NCBI GenBank assembly: GCA_905193755.1
Contig: CAJJPX010000001.1
Span: 53,434 to 117,433 of the forward strand
DNA length: 64,000 nt
DNA from: an uncultured Clostridium sp.
GTDB lineage: Bacteria; Bacillota_I; Bacilli_A; RF39; UBA660
Reading direction: 5' to 3'
Positions 9,101-18,597 of the stretch are shown here, one piece after another. A program made the position numbers and the translations under genes. Every line of letters starts with the position of its first letter. Within the stretch, counting starts at the first letter, position 1. The notes beneath the pieces are model-generated. The model was given only the letters and a program-made list of their open reading frames with translations. It made no database searches and was not told where the DNA came from.

Positions 9101-10237
9101 TTATGAATAAGCAACAGCATATATAAATCCACAACTTTTTTTATTACCACTTTTTGGACTTGAACATCGTTTACTATAATCTTTATATTTACTATAAACT
9201 TGTTCTATAGTATAAGTTCCATTATTATTCTTATTAGCCGGGTCATGAACAACTACATTAGTTCCATTACCACCTAGTGCTATATAGTGCCCTGGTATTA
9301 AAAGTACAACTAGTTTTCCTTGATTCAACGCATTTGTTATAAGAGATGATTCTTTTTGATGAGTTGCAGAACTCTCATCATTATCATTCCTACCAAATAG
9401 TTTTTGAATCGTAACTCCATATTTTGAAGCAACTCTTTGATCAACAAGTGCAGCATCTGTTATAGCTCCACCACCAGTATTATTAGATATTTTTTGTCCA
9501 TAAACATAATCATGTACAGTTGATGGAGTTATATTACTATCTCTCTTTAAACCACTAAGTACCATCGCAAGTGATGTATAACCACAACCTGCATGACATA
9601 AGTCAGTTCCCATATATTTCTTTTCACTCCATCTAGAATCACATTGAGCATAATAAGGAAAATCAGTACTAGATGTACCACTAGTATCATAACTGCTTCC
9701 CCCACCAGTACCATCAGTACCAGCATACTTACTACTTTCTTCAGCAGCCTTTAATTCTTCTTGTATAATTTCATACATCGCATCAAGCCTATCCATATAT
9801 TCTTTTTTTACATCTTTATCTTTTATCTTTGAAGCAGCAGCAACAGCAGCATAATAATCAGTTAAACTCATATTCTCATCAGCCCTTGCTAATAAACTCT
9901 CAGTTTGTTTCAAATATGCATTATCAATATTTTCAGGAGTAGCACTATTCAAACAATCAATATAATTATTTTCTTCAGTACTTGAAACCTTTACTATAAC
10001 ATTAACAAGAGTTGGAACTAAAAACACACATATTGCTGCTATACACATATTTACTAAAGATTTCTTAGATTTCGTAAGTAAATCTTCATCTCCCACCTTT
10101 ATAGCTTTCATAAATGCTAACATTCCAGAAACTATAAGAATTATAGGAACAACAATTTTAATAATTAATATTATTGTATTAATAACACTAAATAATTCTA
10201 ATATTTCACCATTATCACAAATACCCAAAATATACAT
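9101..10237 (-). CDS. Membrane protein: pilin-like 2-TM N-module fused to a C39-like (papain-fold) cysteine peptidase domain
   Basis: The N-terminal ~90 aa (ICDNGEILELFSVINTIILIIKIVVPIILIVSGMLAFMKAIKVGDEDLLTKSKKSLVNMCIAAICVFLVPTLVNVIV) is paralogous to the N-termini of 60514-61614 and 62307-63356. The C-terminus has a Peptidase_C39_2-like pattern (YYAQCDSRWS...CHAGCGYTSLAMVLSG...VVLLIPGHYIALGG...VVHDP). RBS GGTGGTGA. Confidence 0.6.
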   Translation of the reverse strand: MYILGICDNGEILELFSVINTIILIIKIVVPIILIVSGMLAFMKAIKVGDEDLLTKSKKSLVNMCIAAICVFLVPTLVNVIVKVSSTEENNYIDCLNSATPENIDNAYLKQTESLLARADENMSLTDYYAAVAAASKIKDKDVKKEYMDRLDAMYEIIQEELKAAEESSKYAGTDGTGGGSSYDTSGTSSTDFPYYAQCDSRWSEKKYMGTDLCHAGCGYTSLAMVLSGLKRDSNITPSTVHDYVYGQKISNNTGGGAITDAALVDQRVASKYGVTIQKLFGRNDNDESSATHQKESSLITNALNQGKLVVLLIPGHYIALGGNGTNVVVHDPANKNNNGTYTIEQVYSKYKDYSKRCSSPKSGNKKSCGFIYAVAYS

Positions 10238-10347
10238 AAGTTCACCACCATTATTAATTAAATTATAACAAAATATAACAAAATTTAAAATGTTTTATTG
10301 AAATTATAAAATGTTTTTGTTAGTATAAATAATCAAAGAGGTAACAA

Positions 10348-12216
10348 ATGACTAATTATGATTTATATGAAAGTGTCAACGATGAAACAAAAAAATATCT
10401 AGATATGGTATTTTCTTTATTAAGATATTTTAATGAGAATGGAGATAATATTGAAGATGATGAAATATTACCTTTTTCATTCTTCTTAGCTGGTCTTAAA
10501 ACTGATGAATTTGTGAAAGATACTTTTGAAAGATTTGGAATTACTTTTGATAATTGTTTTCACTATTTAGAAGATGAAAAAGTTCCTTTTGAACTTAGAA
10601 GTGCTCTTGAAACTGAAGAATTTACTACATACAATTTAGAAGATATTTATAGAATAATATTATCAGAAATTAAAAACGATTATTATTTAGAAGATAAAGA
10701 TATTAAATATTCAGATCTTGAACCATATCAATTATTTGATTATATGTTGACTATGTATAATGAAAAAGTATCTAACTTATTAAGAGATACTAATGATATA
10801 GATGATTTTACTGATACTAGTGATTTCTTTGAATACACTACTTATAGAGAAGACAAATTTATAGAGTTTGCTCATAAATTCGGAGTAGACATTGAAGAAC
10901 TTGCTCATAGTGAAAGTATCAAAGAATATCATAGTGATAGATTTAATATCATATATGATGATGGAAGAATGTATTTATTTTCAAACAATGGTAAAAAGCA
11001 AGATATAGCTACATATCAATTTGAAGATGGTATTATTACTCTAGGAAGAAACACTGAAATAATTAAGATAAATGATAAATTAATTACTAGAAAGAATTTT
11101 GAAGAATTATTAAGTATATTACAGGAAAGTAAAAAACCTATTAAATTTACCACTTATGATATAGATAAAAAATGTGAAAAATCATTTAAAGTATTAAGAG
11201 AAGAATTATTTGGAAGTGATAAAATGGAAGATGTAACAGAGAAATATAAAGACAATAAAGAAGTTATTTATAGTATGGATAGTAAAACACCTAATCTTGA
11301 TAAATATGGAAAAGATTTAACAAATATGTCTTATATAAAAGACCCCTCTATTGGAAGAAAAAATGAATTAGATAGAATTATGAAAATACTTTTATATCCT
11401 GAAAGAGATAAATCTATTATTATAACTGGTGTAGCTGGTTGTGGTAAAACTGCTTTAGTAAGAGGTCTTGCTTATAGAATTAAAAATGGTGATGTACCTG
11501 CTCCTTTAAAGAATTTAAGAATAATAAGTATAGATACTGCTACTATGGTAGCTGGTACTAAATATGTAGGAACTCTAGAAGAAAAAATGAAAAGGATTCT
11601 AGAAGAAGCAAGTGAAGACAAAAATATAATTTTATTTATAGATGAAATACACCAAGCTATATCTGGTGGTAAAAGTGAAGGAAATGATAATACAGTAGCT
11701 GAAATACTAAAACCATATTTAGATTATGGAAGTGTAAGAGTTATAGGTGCTACAACTGAAGAAGAATATGCTGAACATATAGAAAGTAACACTGCATTTA
11801 AAACAAGATTTAAAAAAGTTGCAATAAAAGAACCAGATTATAACACAACTTATCAAGTACTAGATGATCTAATTAACGCATATAACAAAATTAGTTATTC
11901 TAAACTTAACGTAAGTGACACTGAAAGACACATGATTATAGATTGGTTAATTAATTCAACAAATGCAAGTTTTAGAGATTATAGAGATAGAGCAAGTAAT
12001 CCAAGATTAGTATTAGATATATTAAAAGAAGCATATGCTATTGCAGCATTTAACGAAAGTGAAGATGTAACTATAGATCATATAATTGAAGCATTAAAAA
12101 ATGAAGATAGACTTTACGAAAGTTCTAGAGAAAGACAAGCACAAATCTTAAAAAATATGAAACCAAAACCAAGAAGTGAATGTAAAATATTAGAATTCAA
12201 ACCTAGAGCTAAATAA
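10348..12216 (+). CDS. Clp-family AAA+ ATPase with a single D1-type module and an unusual ~330-aa N-terminal region
   Basis: The C-terminal half matches ClpA/B/C D1: DPSIGRKNELDRI, Walker A GVAGCGKT, Walker B ILFIDEIH, sensor IGATT, ...AFKTRFKKVAIKEP. There is no D2 module. The N-terminus has possible degenerate Clp_N-like repeats. Confidence 0.7.
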   Translation: MTNYDLYESVNDETKKYLDMVFSLLRYFNENGDNIEDDEILPFSFFLAGLKTDEFVKDTFERFGITFDNCFHYLEDEKVPFELRSALETEEFTTYNLEDIYRIILSEIKNDYYLEDKDIKYSDLEPYQLFDYMLTMYNEKVSNLLRDTNDIDDFTDTSDFFEYTTYREDKFIEFAHKFGVDIEELAHSESIKEYHSDRFNIIYDDGRMYLFSNNGKKQDIATYQFEDGIITLGRNTEIIKINDKLITRKNFEELLSILQESKKPIKFTTYDIDKKCEKSFKVLREELFGSDKMEDVTEKYKDNKEVIYSMDSKTPNLDKYGKDLTNMSYIKDPSIGRKNELDRIMKILLYPERDKSIIITGVAGCGKTALVRGLAYRIKNGDVPAPLKNLRIISIDTATMVAGTKYVGTLEEKMKRILEEASEDKNIILFIDEIHQAISGGKSEGNDNTVAEILKPYLDYGSVRVIGATTEEEYAEHIESNTAFKTRFKKVAIKEPDYNTTYQVLDDLINAYNKISYSKLNVSDTERHMIIDWLINSTNASFRDYRDRASNPRLVLDILKEAYAIAAFNESEDVTIDHIIEALKNEDRLYESSRERQAQILKNMKPKPRSECKILEFKPRAK

Positions 12217-12228
12217 TAGCTCTTTTAT
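12205..12228 (+). terminator. Intrinsic terminator of the AAA+ gene
   Basis: AGAGCTA-AATAA-TAGCTCT hairpin with the stop codon in the loop, followed by TTTT. Confidence 0.6.
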
Positions 12229-12229
12229 A

Positions 12230-12257
12230 TTGACATAAAACATATATATGATACAAT
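12230..12257 (+). promoter_or_regulatory. Extended -10 sigma-A promoter for the Y-family polymerase gene
   Basis: TTGACA (12230-12235), 16-nt spacer, TGaTACAAT (-10 at 12252-12257). Confidence 0.55.
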
Positions 12258-12277
12258 TATTACGAAAAGGTGTTTGT

Positions 12278-13519
12278 ATGAAAGAAAAAGTAATAATGAG
12301 TATAGATTTAAAAAGCTTCTTTGCTTCTTGTGAATGTGTTAGTCGTGGGCTTGATCCATTCACTACTCCCTTAGTGGTCGCAGACATTTCACGTGGACAG
12401 GGTGCTATGACTTTAGCGGTCACTCCATATTTAAGAAGTAAAGGAGTAGATTCTAGAAGTAGAGTTTTTGAATTACCTAAGAATATTAAAATTATATTTG
12501 CTAAACCAAGAATGAAATTATATGAAACTTATAGTAATAAAGTAAGAGAAATATTTAAGAGTTTTATAAGTGAAGAAGATATACACATCTACTCTATTGA
12601 TGAAGTATTTATGGATGTAACAGACTATTTAAAATATTACAAAATGACTGACATAGAACTTGCTAAAACAATAATGAAAACCATTAAAGATAAAACAGGT
12701 CTTACTTCTACTTGTGGTATCGGACCAAATATATTCTTATCTAAAGTTGCTATGGACATAGAAGCAAAACATAATAAAGAATTTATTGCTAAATGGACCT
12801 ATAATGATATAGAAACAAAACTACAGAATTTAGAACCTTTAAGCTCTGTCTGGGGAATTGGAAAAAGAACTGAAAAGAAACTGAACAATCTTGGGATTAA
12901 AAAAATAAAAGATATAAACAACTACACAAGAGATTTCTATATAAAAAGATTTGGTAATGTAGCTGGTAATGATATATGGTGTAAAGCAAATGGAATAGAT
13001 TTTACTACTATAAAAGATTTAAATGAGCGTGAGAGAGAAAAATCTATAAGTATGAGTCAAATATTATATAGAGACTACACTGTAGATGAAGCAATACTAA
13101 TCGTAAAAGAAATGAATGACATGCTTAGTAATAAACTTAGAAGAATGAATAAAACCACTAAACTAGTATATTTAGGTATTAACTATTCAAGAGATTTATG
13201 TAAAAGATTTAAAGAAACAATTCTCTTAAATGAAAGTGAAGACATACCTGAAAGAATATATGAAGTTCTACAATACATCTATTATAAAAATGTAGAGAAT
13301 CTACCAATTAGAAAAGTAACAATAGCGTATTCTAGACTAAATGACAAAAGATGCACACAACTAAGTCTATTTGAAAACAACATAATTGAAACAGACGAAT
13401 ATCATAAAGCAATAGACAAAATAACTGAAAGGTTTGGAGGAACATCTATACTAAGAGCATCCTCTTTACTTAAAAATTCAACAATAAAAAATAGAGAAAA
13501 ATTTAAAAATATAATTTAA
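12278..13519 (+). CDS. Y-family (DinB/UmuC-type) translesion DNA polymerase
   Basis: SIDLKSFFASCE (catalytic Asp), IYSIDEVFMDVT, and STCGIGPNIFLSKVAMD...KHNKEFIAKW (GIG...K motifs). The likely start is MKEKVIM after an AAAGGTG RBS. Confidence 0.8.
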   Translation: MKEKVIMSIDLKSFFASCECVSRGLDPFTTPLVVADISRGQGAMTLAVTPYLRSKGVDSRSRVFELPKNIKIIFAKPRMKLYETYSNKVREIFKSFISEEDIHIYSIDEVFMDVTDYLKYYKMTDIELAKTIMKTIKDKTGLTSTCGIGPNIFLSKVAMDIEAKHNKEFIAKWTYNDIETKLQNLEPLSSVWGIGKRTEKKLNNLGIKKIKDINNYTRDFYIKRFGNVAGNDIWCKANGIDFTTIKDLNEREREKSISMSQILYRDYTVDEAILIVKEMNDMLSNKLRRMNKTTKLVYLGINYSRDLCKRFKETILLNESEDIPERIYEVLQYIYYKNVENLPIRKVTIAYSRLNDKRCTQLSLFENNIIETDEYHKAIDKITERFGGTSILRASSLLKNSTIKNREKFKNII

Positions 13520-14535
13520 ATTCTTCTCTTTTTAACATTATCTCTATAATAAGGCATTAAACCAATCTTATTCTTAGAAAACATTGGTAATTGAGCAAAT
13601 ATATAATCATCCCATAAATTAGCATTTATTAAATATACTTTTTTATCTGATATTACAAAATTCCATTCTATCTCAAGTGATTCATCAAATTCCTTAGCAC
13701 ATTCTTTAGCAATCTTTTTAATTTCTTCATAAAAAGGTATTTCTAAATTAACAAGCTTAACTTTACTAATTGGATGTTCATTATAAAGTTCATCTTCTCC
13801 ATATACAAGTTTATGTTTTATTACCCCACTCTTCACATCAACTAAACCAGTTAAATGCTTAACGGAATTAACATCATACTTATATTCTTTTTCAATACCA
13901 AATTTTACATAAGAAGAAACTATATCTACTTTATTACCACATAAAAGCGTAACAATACTAACAGTATTCATATTATATGGATTGATACTATCAAATAATT
14001 TATTTTGTTTTATACTTGGTTCAACAATATTTAAATTGTTTTTCTTAGCTTTATCAAGCAAAAATGCAGGACTTCTAAAATCTTTAACATTCAGTACTAA
14101 TGTATTACTTTCTCCTTTAAGATTATTACTTCTACAAGTAAGCTCTTTCTTTTTAAGCGCTAACTCTTCAAATTCTTTAAAACTAAGTTCTTTAATATTA
14201 TAGTATTCTCTATTCAAGCAATCATTAAATTTAATATAAAATTTAATTCTATTATTTAAAATAACTAAATGCTTAACATCACATAAATAATTTTCTAAGT
14301 TTTGATGTCTACACTTACTCATATAAGTATCTCTTTTAAAACCAGGTAATAAATAAAACTCAAATATTCTATATTCATCGTAGTCAACACCATATCTTAC
14401 ATAACTCCACCACATATCAAAAAACAATACTATTGAACTTTTATTGCATTTCTTTTTAATAAGATTGATACTACGATTAATACCCTTAATATTCTTTTTT
14501 AAATAATTTAAAAATTTATTTAACTCATTCTTCAT
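13516..14535 (-). CDS. ATP-grasp protein, TupA-like (sugar-transfer-associated ATP-grasp)
   Basis: N-terminal DMWWSYVRYGVDYDEYRIFEFY pattern characteristic of ATPgrasp_TupA, ~340 aa. Assigned by recalled motif only. Confidence 0.5.
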   Translation of the reverse strand: MKNELNKFLNYLKKNIKGINRSINLIKKKCNKSSIVLFFDMWWSYVRYGVDYDEYRIFEFYLLPGFKRDTYMSKCRHQNLENYLCDVKHLVILNNRIKFYIKFNDCLNREYYNIKELSFKEFEELALKKKELTCRSNNLKGESNTLVLNVKDFRSPAFLLDKAKKNNLNIVEPSIKQNKLFDSINPYNMNTVSIVTLLCGNKVDIVSSYVKFGIEKEYKYDVNSVKHLTGLVDVKSGVIKHKLVYGEDELYNEHPISKVKLVNLEIPFYEEIKKIAKECAKEFDESLEIEWNFVISDKKVYLINANLWDDYIFAQLPMFSKNKIGLMPYYRDNVKKRRI

Positions 14536-14660
14536 AATATCCCACTCGTGTTTATACCATAATTATATATTTTTTTTATTAAAATGGCAAGTTACTCGCT
14601 TGACTACAATAATTTGATACATTATAATAATATTTAAATCACATTTTAGGGGGATACATA

Positions 14661-16157
14661 ATGGAAAAAGAAGTTTTAGTATTTATATACAAAAGAAAAA
14701 GAGTTAAAGCAAACGATGAAGTTGAAAGTTATACATATGAACCATCAGAAATACTTCATGGAAAAGAAATAAATTATGATGGAAATAGAATATTTATGGA
14801 TGATTCAGAAAAATTTAATTATCCATTCATAGATGATATATATAATTTTGATGAAGAATATGTTTATGCATTTCCAGCATACTTAGAAAATTTATCAGAA
14901 GGACAAAAAGACAAACTAAAAAAAACATTAAAACGCGAAATAGAAGATTATGATAAACACTTATTATTCCAGTTATATACTCCAGGTGAAGCATCAGTTG
15001 AAACATTCGCATCAGATGATGGATTAGAAACTCAAATAAGCATAAATCCAGATAGTTATGAAGGCTTCGAAGAAATGGTTAATAGCGATTATACTAAAGA
15101 AGTTAAAAGACTTAAAGAAGAAATATCAATCACAGAAAAAGAATTAGACAAAAAACAAAAAACAAAAGTTCCTACCATAATAGTACCTAAAGTAATATAC
15201 GCAGATGAACTATACAAATCAGTAAGTAAAACAGTAATATGTCAAGATGAACAAATTAAAAAAATAGCTACTTCAGTAGCAAAAAATCAAAGATTACAAG
15301 ATACCAGTTTGAAATCAAACATGCTAGTATGTGGACCTACTGGTGTTGGTAAAACAGAAATATTTAGAACAATAAGTAAAAAGACAAATCTACCTATAAC
15401 CATAGAAGACTCAACAGAATATACAGCAGCAAGCTATAAAGGTAAAGATGTAAGCGAAATGCTACTTCATTTATACGAAAACTCAGGTAAAGATATAGAA
15501 AGAGCACAAAGAGGAATTGTAGTAGTAGATGAAATAGATAAAAAAGTATCTAAAGGAGATCATGCTACATTCACATCAGCTGTCATACAATCATTACTTA
15601 AAATGATGGAAGGACATAAATATCAATTAATATCACCAGATGACAAAGAAATAATAATATTTGATACATCAAAACTAACATTTGCATTCTTAGGAGCATT
15701 CTCAGGAATAGAAGAATATTCAAGAACTAAAAGAGGTATTGGATTTACTACTCCTAAAGATGAATCACAAGATAACAAAGAAATATTCAATAATGAAACA
15801 CTTAAGAAATTTGGATTACTCCCAGAATTCGTTGGTAGAAATGATAATATAGTAGTTATGAATAGTCTAGATACTAATGAATACATGAGAATCATAAAAG
15901 AATCAGATAAAAGTCAATTATTACTATATAAAAAGTTCTTTGAATCTATTGGAATAGACTTTAAATACGATGAAAAAACTATAGAAGAAATAGCTATAGA
16001 AGCTAAAAAACTAGGTATAGGTGCAAGAGGTATTAAAAGAATAGTAGAAAATGCTTTAGAAGTAGCAAACTACTATGCTTTGTCAGAAGGTCAACATAGA
16101 GAACTAATCATAAGTCCAGAAACAATACATGATAGTAAACAATACATACTAAAGTAA
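14661..16157 (+). CDS. ClpX-paralogous AAA+ unfoldase with a novel ~200-aa N-domain replacing the zinc-binding domain
   Basis: Walker A GPTGVGKT and Walker B GIVVVDEIDK. The pore and IGF loop region is LTFAFLGAFSGIEEY...RGIGFTTP, followed by LLPEFVGR and a GARGIKRIVENAL sensor II. RBS AGGGGGA. Confidence 0.8.
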   Translation: MEKEVLVFIYKRKRVKANDEVESYTYEPSEILHGKEINYDGNRIFMDDSEKFNYPFIDDIYNFDEEYVYAFPAYLENLSEGQKDKLKKTLKREIEDYDKHLLFQLYTPGEASVETFASDDGLETQISINPDSYEGFEEMVNSDYTKEVKRLKEEISITEKELDKKQKTKVPTIIVPKVIYADELYKSVSKTVICQDEQIKKIATSVAKNQRLQDTSLKSNMLVCGPTGVGKTEIFRTISKKTNLPITIEDSTEYTAASYKGKDVSEMLLHLYENSGKDIERAQRGIVVVDEIDKKVSKGDHATFTSAVIQSLLKMMEGHKYQLISPDDKEIIIFDTSKLTFAFLGAFSGIEEYSRTKRGIGFTTPKDESQDNKEIFNNETLKKFGLLPEFVGRNDNIVVMNSLDTNEYMRIIKESDKSQLLLYKKFFESIGIDFKYDEKTIEEIAIEAKKLGIGARGIKRIVENALEVANYYALSEGQHRELIISPETIHDSKQYILK

Positions 16158-16943
16158 TAAATCATTAATACTAACAATATTATATCCTCTACTCTTTATA
16201 TAATTTAAAGTCGCAGATAATTCATTTAAATTAAATTCATTTTCCTTGATAAATATGATAACACCTTTATCAAGGATTTTTTTTGTATTAATTAATAAAT
16301 CTTTATCAATATAATTAATAACATTTATACTACTTAATTTTTTATTTTTACATACCTCTATAATATCTCCATCTTTATTAGTACAATAAAATTCATCATG
16401 AAGTATCTTCATAAAATTATTAACATCCTCTTTATTCTTTCCTTTAAATAAAACATTACTATAATTACTTATATTATCTATATTAGAATTTAACATTTCA
16501 TAATTAAAAAGTAAATTCAAAGTATATCCCTTATTATCAGCTATTTTCATCATTTTTAAGAAGTTTTTACCATCATTTACATCTATTACTATACTAATAT
16601 TATTTAAATAGTTATTTCCTTTAATAATATACTTATCTAAATTATTACTTTTAGAAAGAATACACTCTTCATCATTATACTCTATCAACTCTTTTTTAAA
16701 CCCAATACCCTTCATATTAGAATAACTCTTGTTCTTATTAACACTAAGACCACTAAGTCCTAAAATTATACCATCAGAAGTAATTTCACCTTCTCTACAC
16801 TTATAATCATTATTAGATGCATATTCCACTATACTATTCATTATCACATTATTATGTTCACTCATAGTAATAATCTTATCAGTATAATAAAAACTAAATA
16901 AAACAAACATAGAAACTAATATATATTTATAATACTTTTTCAT
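16149..16943 (-). CDS. Hypothetical N-terminally membrane-anchored, N/K-rich protein
   Basis: 264-aa ORF with a TM helix near the N-terminus. I find no convincing family motif; a polysaccharide-deacetylase-like fold cannot be supported. Confidence 0.5.
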   Translation of the reverse strand: MKKYYKYILVSMFVLFSFYYTDKIITMSEHNNVIMNSIVEYASNNDYKCREGEITSDGIILGLSGLSVNKNKSYSNMKGIGFKKELIEYNDEECILSKSNNLDKYIIKGNNYLNNISIVIDVNDGKNFLKMMKIADNKGYTLNLLFNYEMLNSNIDNISNYSNVLFKGKNKEDVNNFMKILHDEFYCTNKDGDIIEVCKNKKLSSINVINYIDKDLLINTKKILDKGVIIFIKENEFNLNELSATLNYIKSRGYNIVSINDLLL

Positions 16944-16971
16944 AATAAATTATATATATAAAAAGAAAGAT

Positions 16972-18405
16972 TTATGATAAATCTTTCTTAATAAGAGCAA
17001 GAGCTCTAGTAGTTTTAACTTTATCTTCCCATTCTTTCTTTGGATTACCTTTTCTATCAATAAGTATTCTTACTCTATCTTTATTCTGAAGTATATAATC
17101 ATCTGCTACTTTTCTATCATTTACTATAGCTTGAGCCATACGACTAGCATTCATAGGATCAAGTCTATAAGCAAAATCTATAGGAGTAGAACCAACTGGT
17201 AGTTGAAGTACTTTCCCTTCAGTAGTATAAACATACACATTACCACTAAATAATTCTTTTTTAACTTGTTCCACAAATGATCTATTATCTTCATATTGCT
17301 CATTTATTTCAACTAAAGATTTAAAGAATTGACTTTTTTCTTCAACTGCTTCTAACATTCTCTTACTAGCATTTTCACCGTCAATATCCCAATAAGAAGC
17401 TACACCATAACTATCTATTTTATCCATTTCTATTGTTCTTATTTGAGCTTGTACAAGCATATTATTAGGTCCAAACATAGTAGTATGTAAACATTGATAC
17501 ATATTAGTTTTAGGATTACATATATAATCTTTAAATTTACCATTAATTGGTTTATATAAACTATGTATATATCCAAGAGAAGTATAACAATCACTCACTT
17601 CATCAACTATAACTTTAAGAGCAAATAAATCATGAATATTCTTAATATCTTGACCATCATACCTCTTTTTATAAATACCATATATATTTCTTATTCTTAA
17701 TTTTATTTCATTAGGAATATCATTTCTATTAAGTAAAATACTTATTTTATAAGCCATATCTTCAAGAATATTTTTACTACTTAATAGTAACTGATTAGCT
17801 TCATCACTTACTCTTTTATATTCATCCGGAAGTAAATACTTAAGCGATAAATCCTCTAATTCACATTTAAGTTGATAGACACCTAAGTTATATGCTAATG
17901 GAACAAATATTTCCATTGTTTCCATAGATATTTCTTTTTGTTTGTAATCTTTTTTATATTCAAGCGTTCTCATATTATGAAGTCTATCAGCTAGTTTTAT
18001 TAATATAACTCTAGCATCTTTAGTAACACTTGTTATTATTTTTCTTGTATTAGCATAATTTCTATCTTGTTTATTTGAAAAACTCATTTTAGATAGCTTA
18101 GTAACACCATCAACTAATTCTGCTACTGTAGGATTAAATAACCCTGCAATATCTTCTTTTTCTATATTAGTATCTTCTATAGTATCATGAAGTAATGCAG
18201 CACATAAAGTATCTTTGTCAGCTTTCATCTCTGATAAAATGTACGCCACAGTTATCGGGTGAGTAATATATTCTTCTCCACTTTCACGTACTTGACCACT
18301 ATGTAATTCTTTAGCATATTGATACGCTCTTAAAACATCAGGTATAATCATAGGATTATATTTTTCAATAGAATCTATTAATTCTTCTATAGTAGTACTT
18401 TTCAT
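16972..18405 (-). CDS. rel: Bifunctional (p)ppGpp synthetase/hydrolase Rel, short form with HD + synthetase + TGS and no ACT/zinc-finger C-terminus
   Basis: HD motif HSGQV...LLHDTIEDT, synthetase motifs (IYGIYKKRY; YQCLHTTMFGPNNMLVQAQIRTIEMDKIDSYGVASYW), and TGS (VYVYTTEGKVLQLPVGSTPIDFAY). It ends at 477 aa. Confidence 0.85.
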   Translation of the reverse strand: MKSTTIEELIDSIEKYNPMIIPDVLRAYQYAKELHSGQVRESGEEYITHPITVAYILSEMKADKDTLCAALLHDTIEDTNIEKEDIAGLFNPTVAELVDGVTKLSKMSFSNKQDRNYANTRKIITSVTKDARVILIKLADRLHNMRTLEYKKDYKQKEISMETMEIFVPLAYNLGVYQLKCELEDLSLKYLLPDEYKRVSDEANQLLLSSKNILEDMAYKISILLNRNDIPNEIKLRIRNIYGIYKKRYDGQDIKNIHDLFALKVIVDEVSDCYTSLGYIHSLYKPINGKFKDYICNPKTNMYQCLHTTMFGPNNMLVQAQIRTIEMDKIDSYGVASYWDIDGENASKRMLEAVEEKSQFFKSLVEINEQYEDNRSFVEQVKKELFSGNVYVYTTEGKVLQLPVGSTPIDFAYRLDPMNASRMAQAIVNDRKVADDYILQNKDRVRILIDRKGNPKKEWEDKVKTTRALALIKKDLS

Positions 18406-18597
18406 AACTCACCTCCATAAATAAAAAGTGACAACCAAAAAGTCATCACTTATAAGCATAAAGAAATATTGTTAGTCACACATCTAACATAATTATTAGA
18501 TTTAATTATACAGCAACATAAATACTTCTCCATAAACTACCTCAAATATAAATTTAATAATCATATTAAAGGTTTTTTATCTAAAAGTCAACACTTT

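Noticed and set aside
12190-12423. ORF 12190-12423 (-), 77 aa
   Set aside because: It overlaps the terminator, promoter and 5' end of the polymerase gene in antisense, and it has no RBS.
10348-16157. Interpreting the two AAA+ genes, the Y-family polymerase and the ATP-grasp gene as a known anti-phage defence system
   Set aside because: The architecture matches no defence system I know. The genes are on different strands and have their own promoter and terminator. The link is therefore reported only as a neighbourhood observation.
16149-16943. Calling the 264-aa membrane protein a polysaccharide deacetylase
   Set aside because: It lacks the conserved NodB motifs (no DDG / HxxxH pattern), so it is left as hypothetical.
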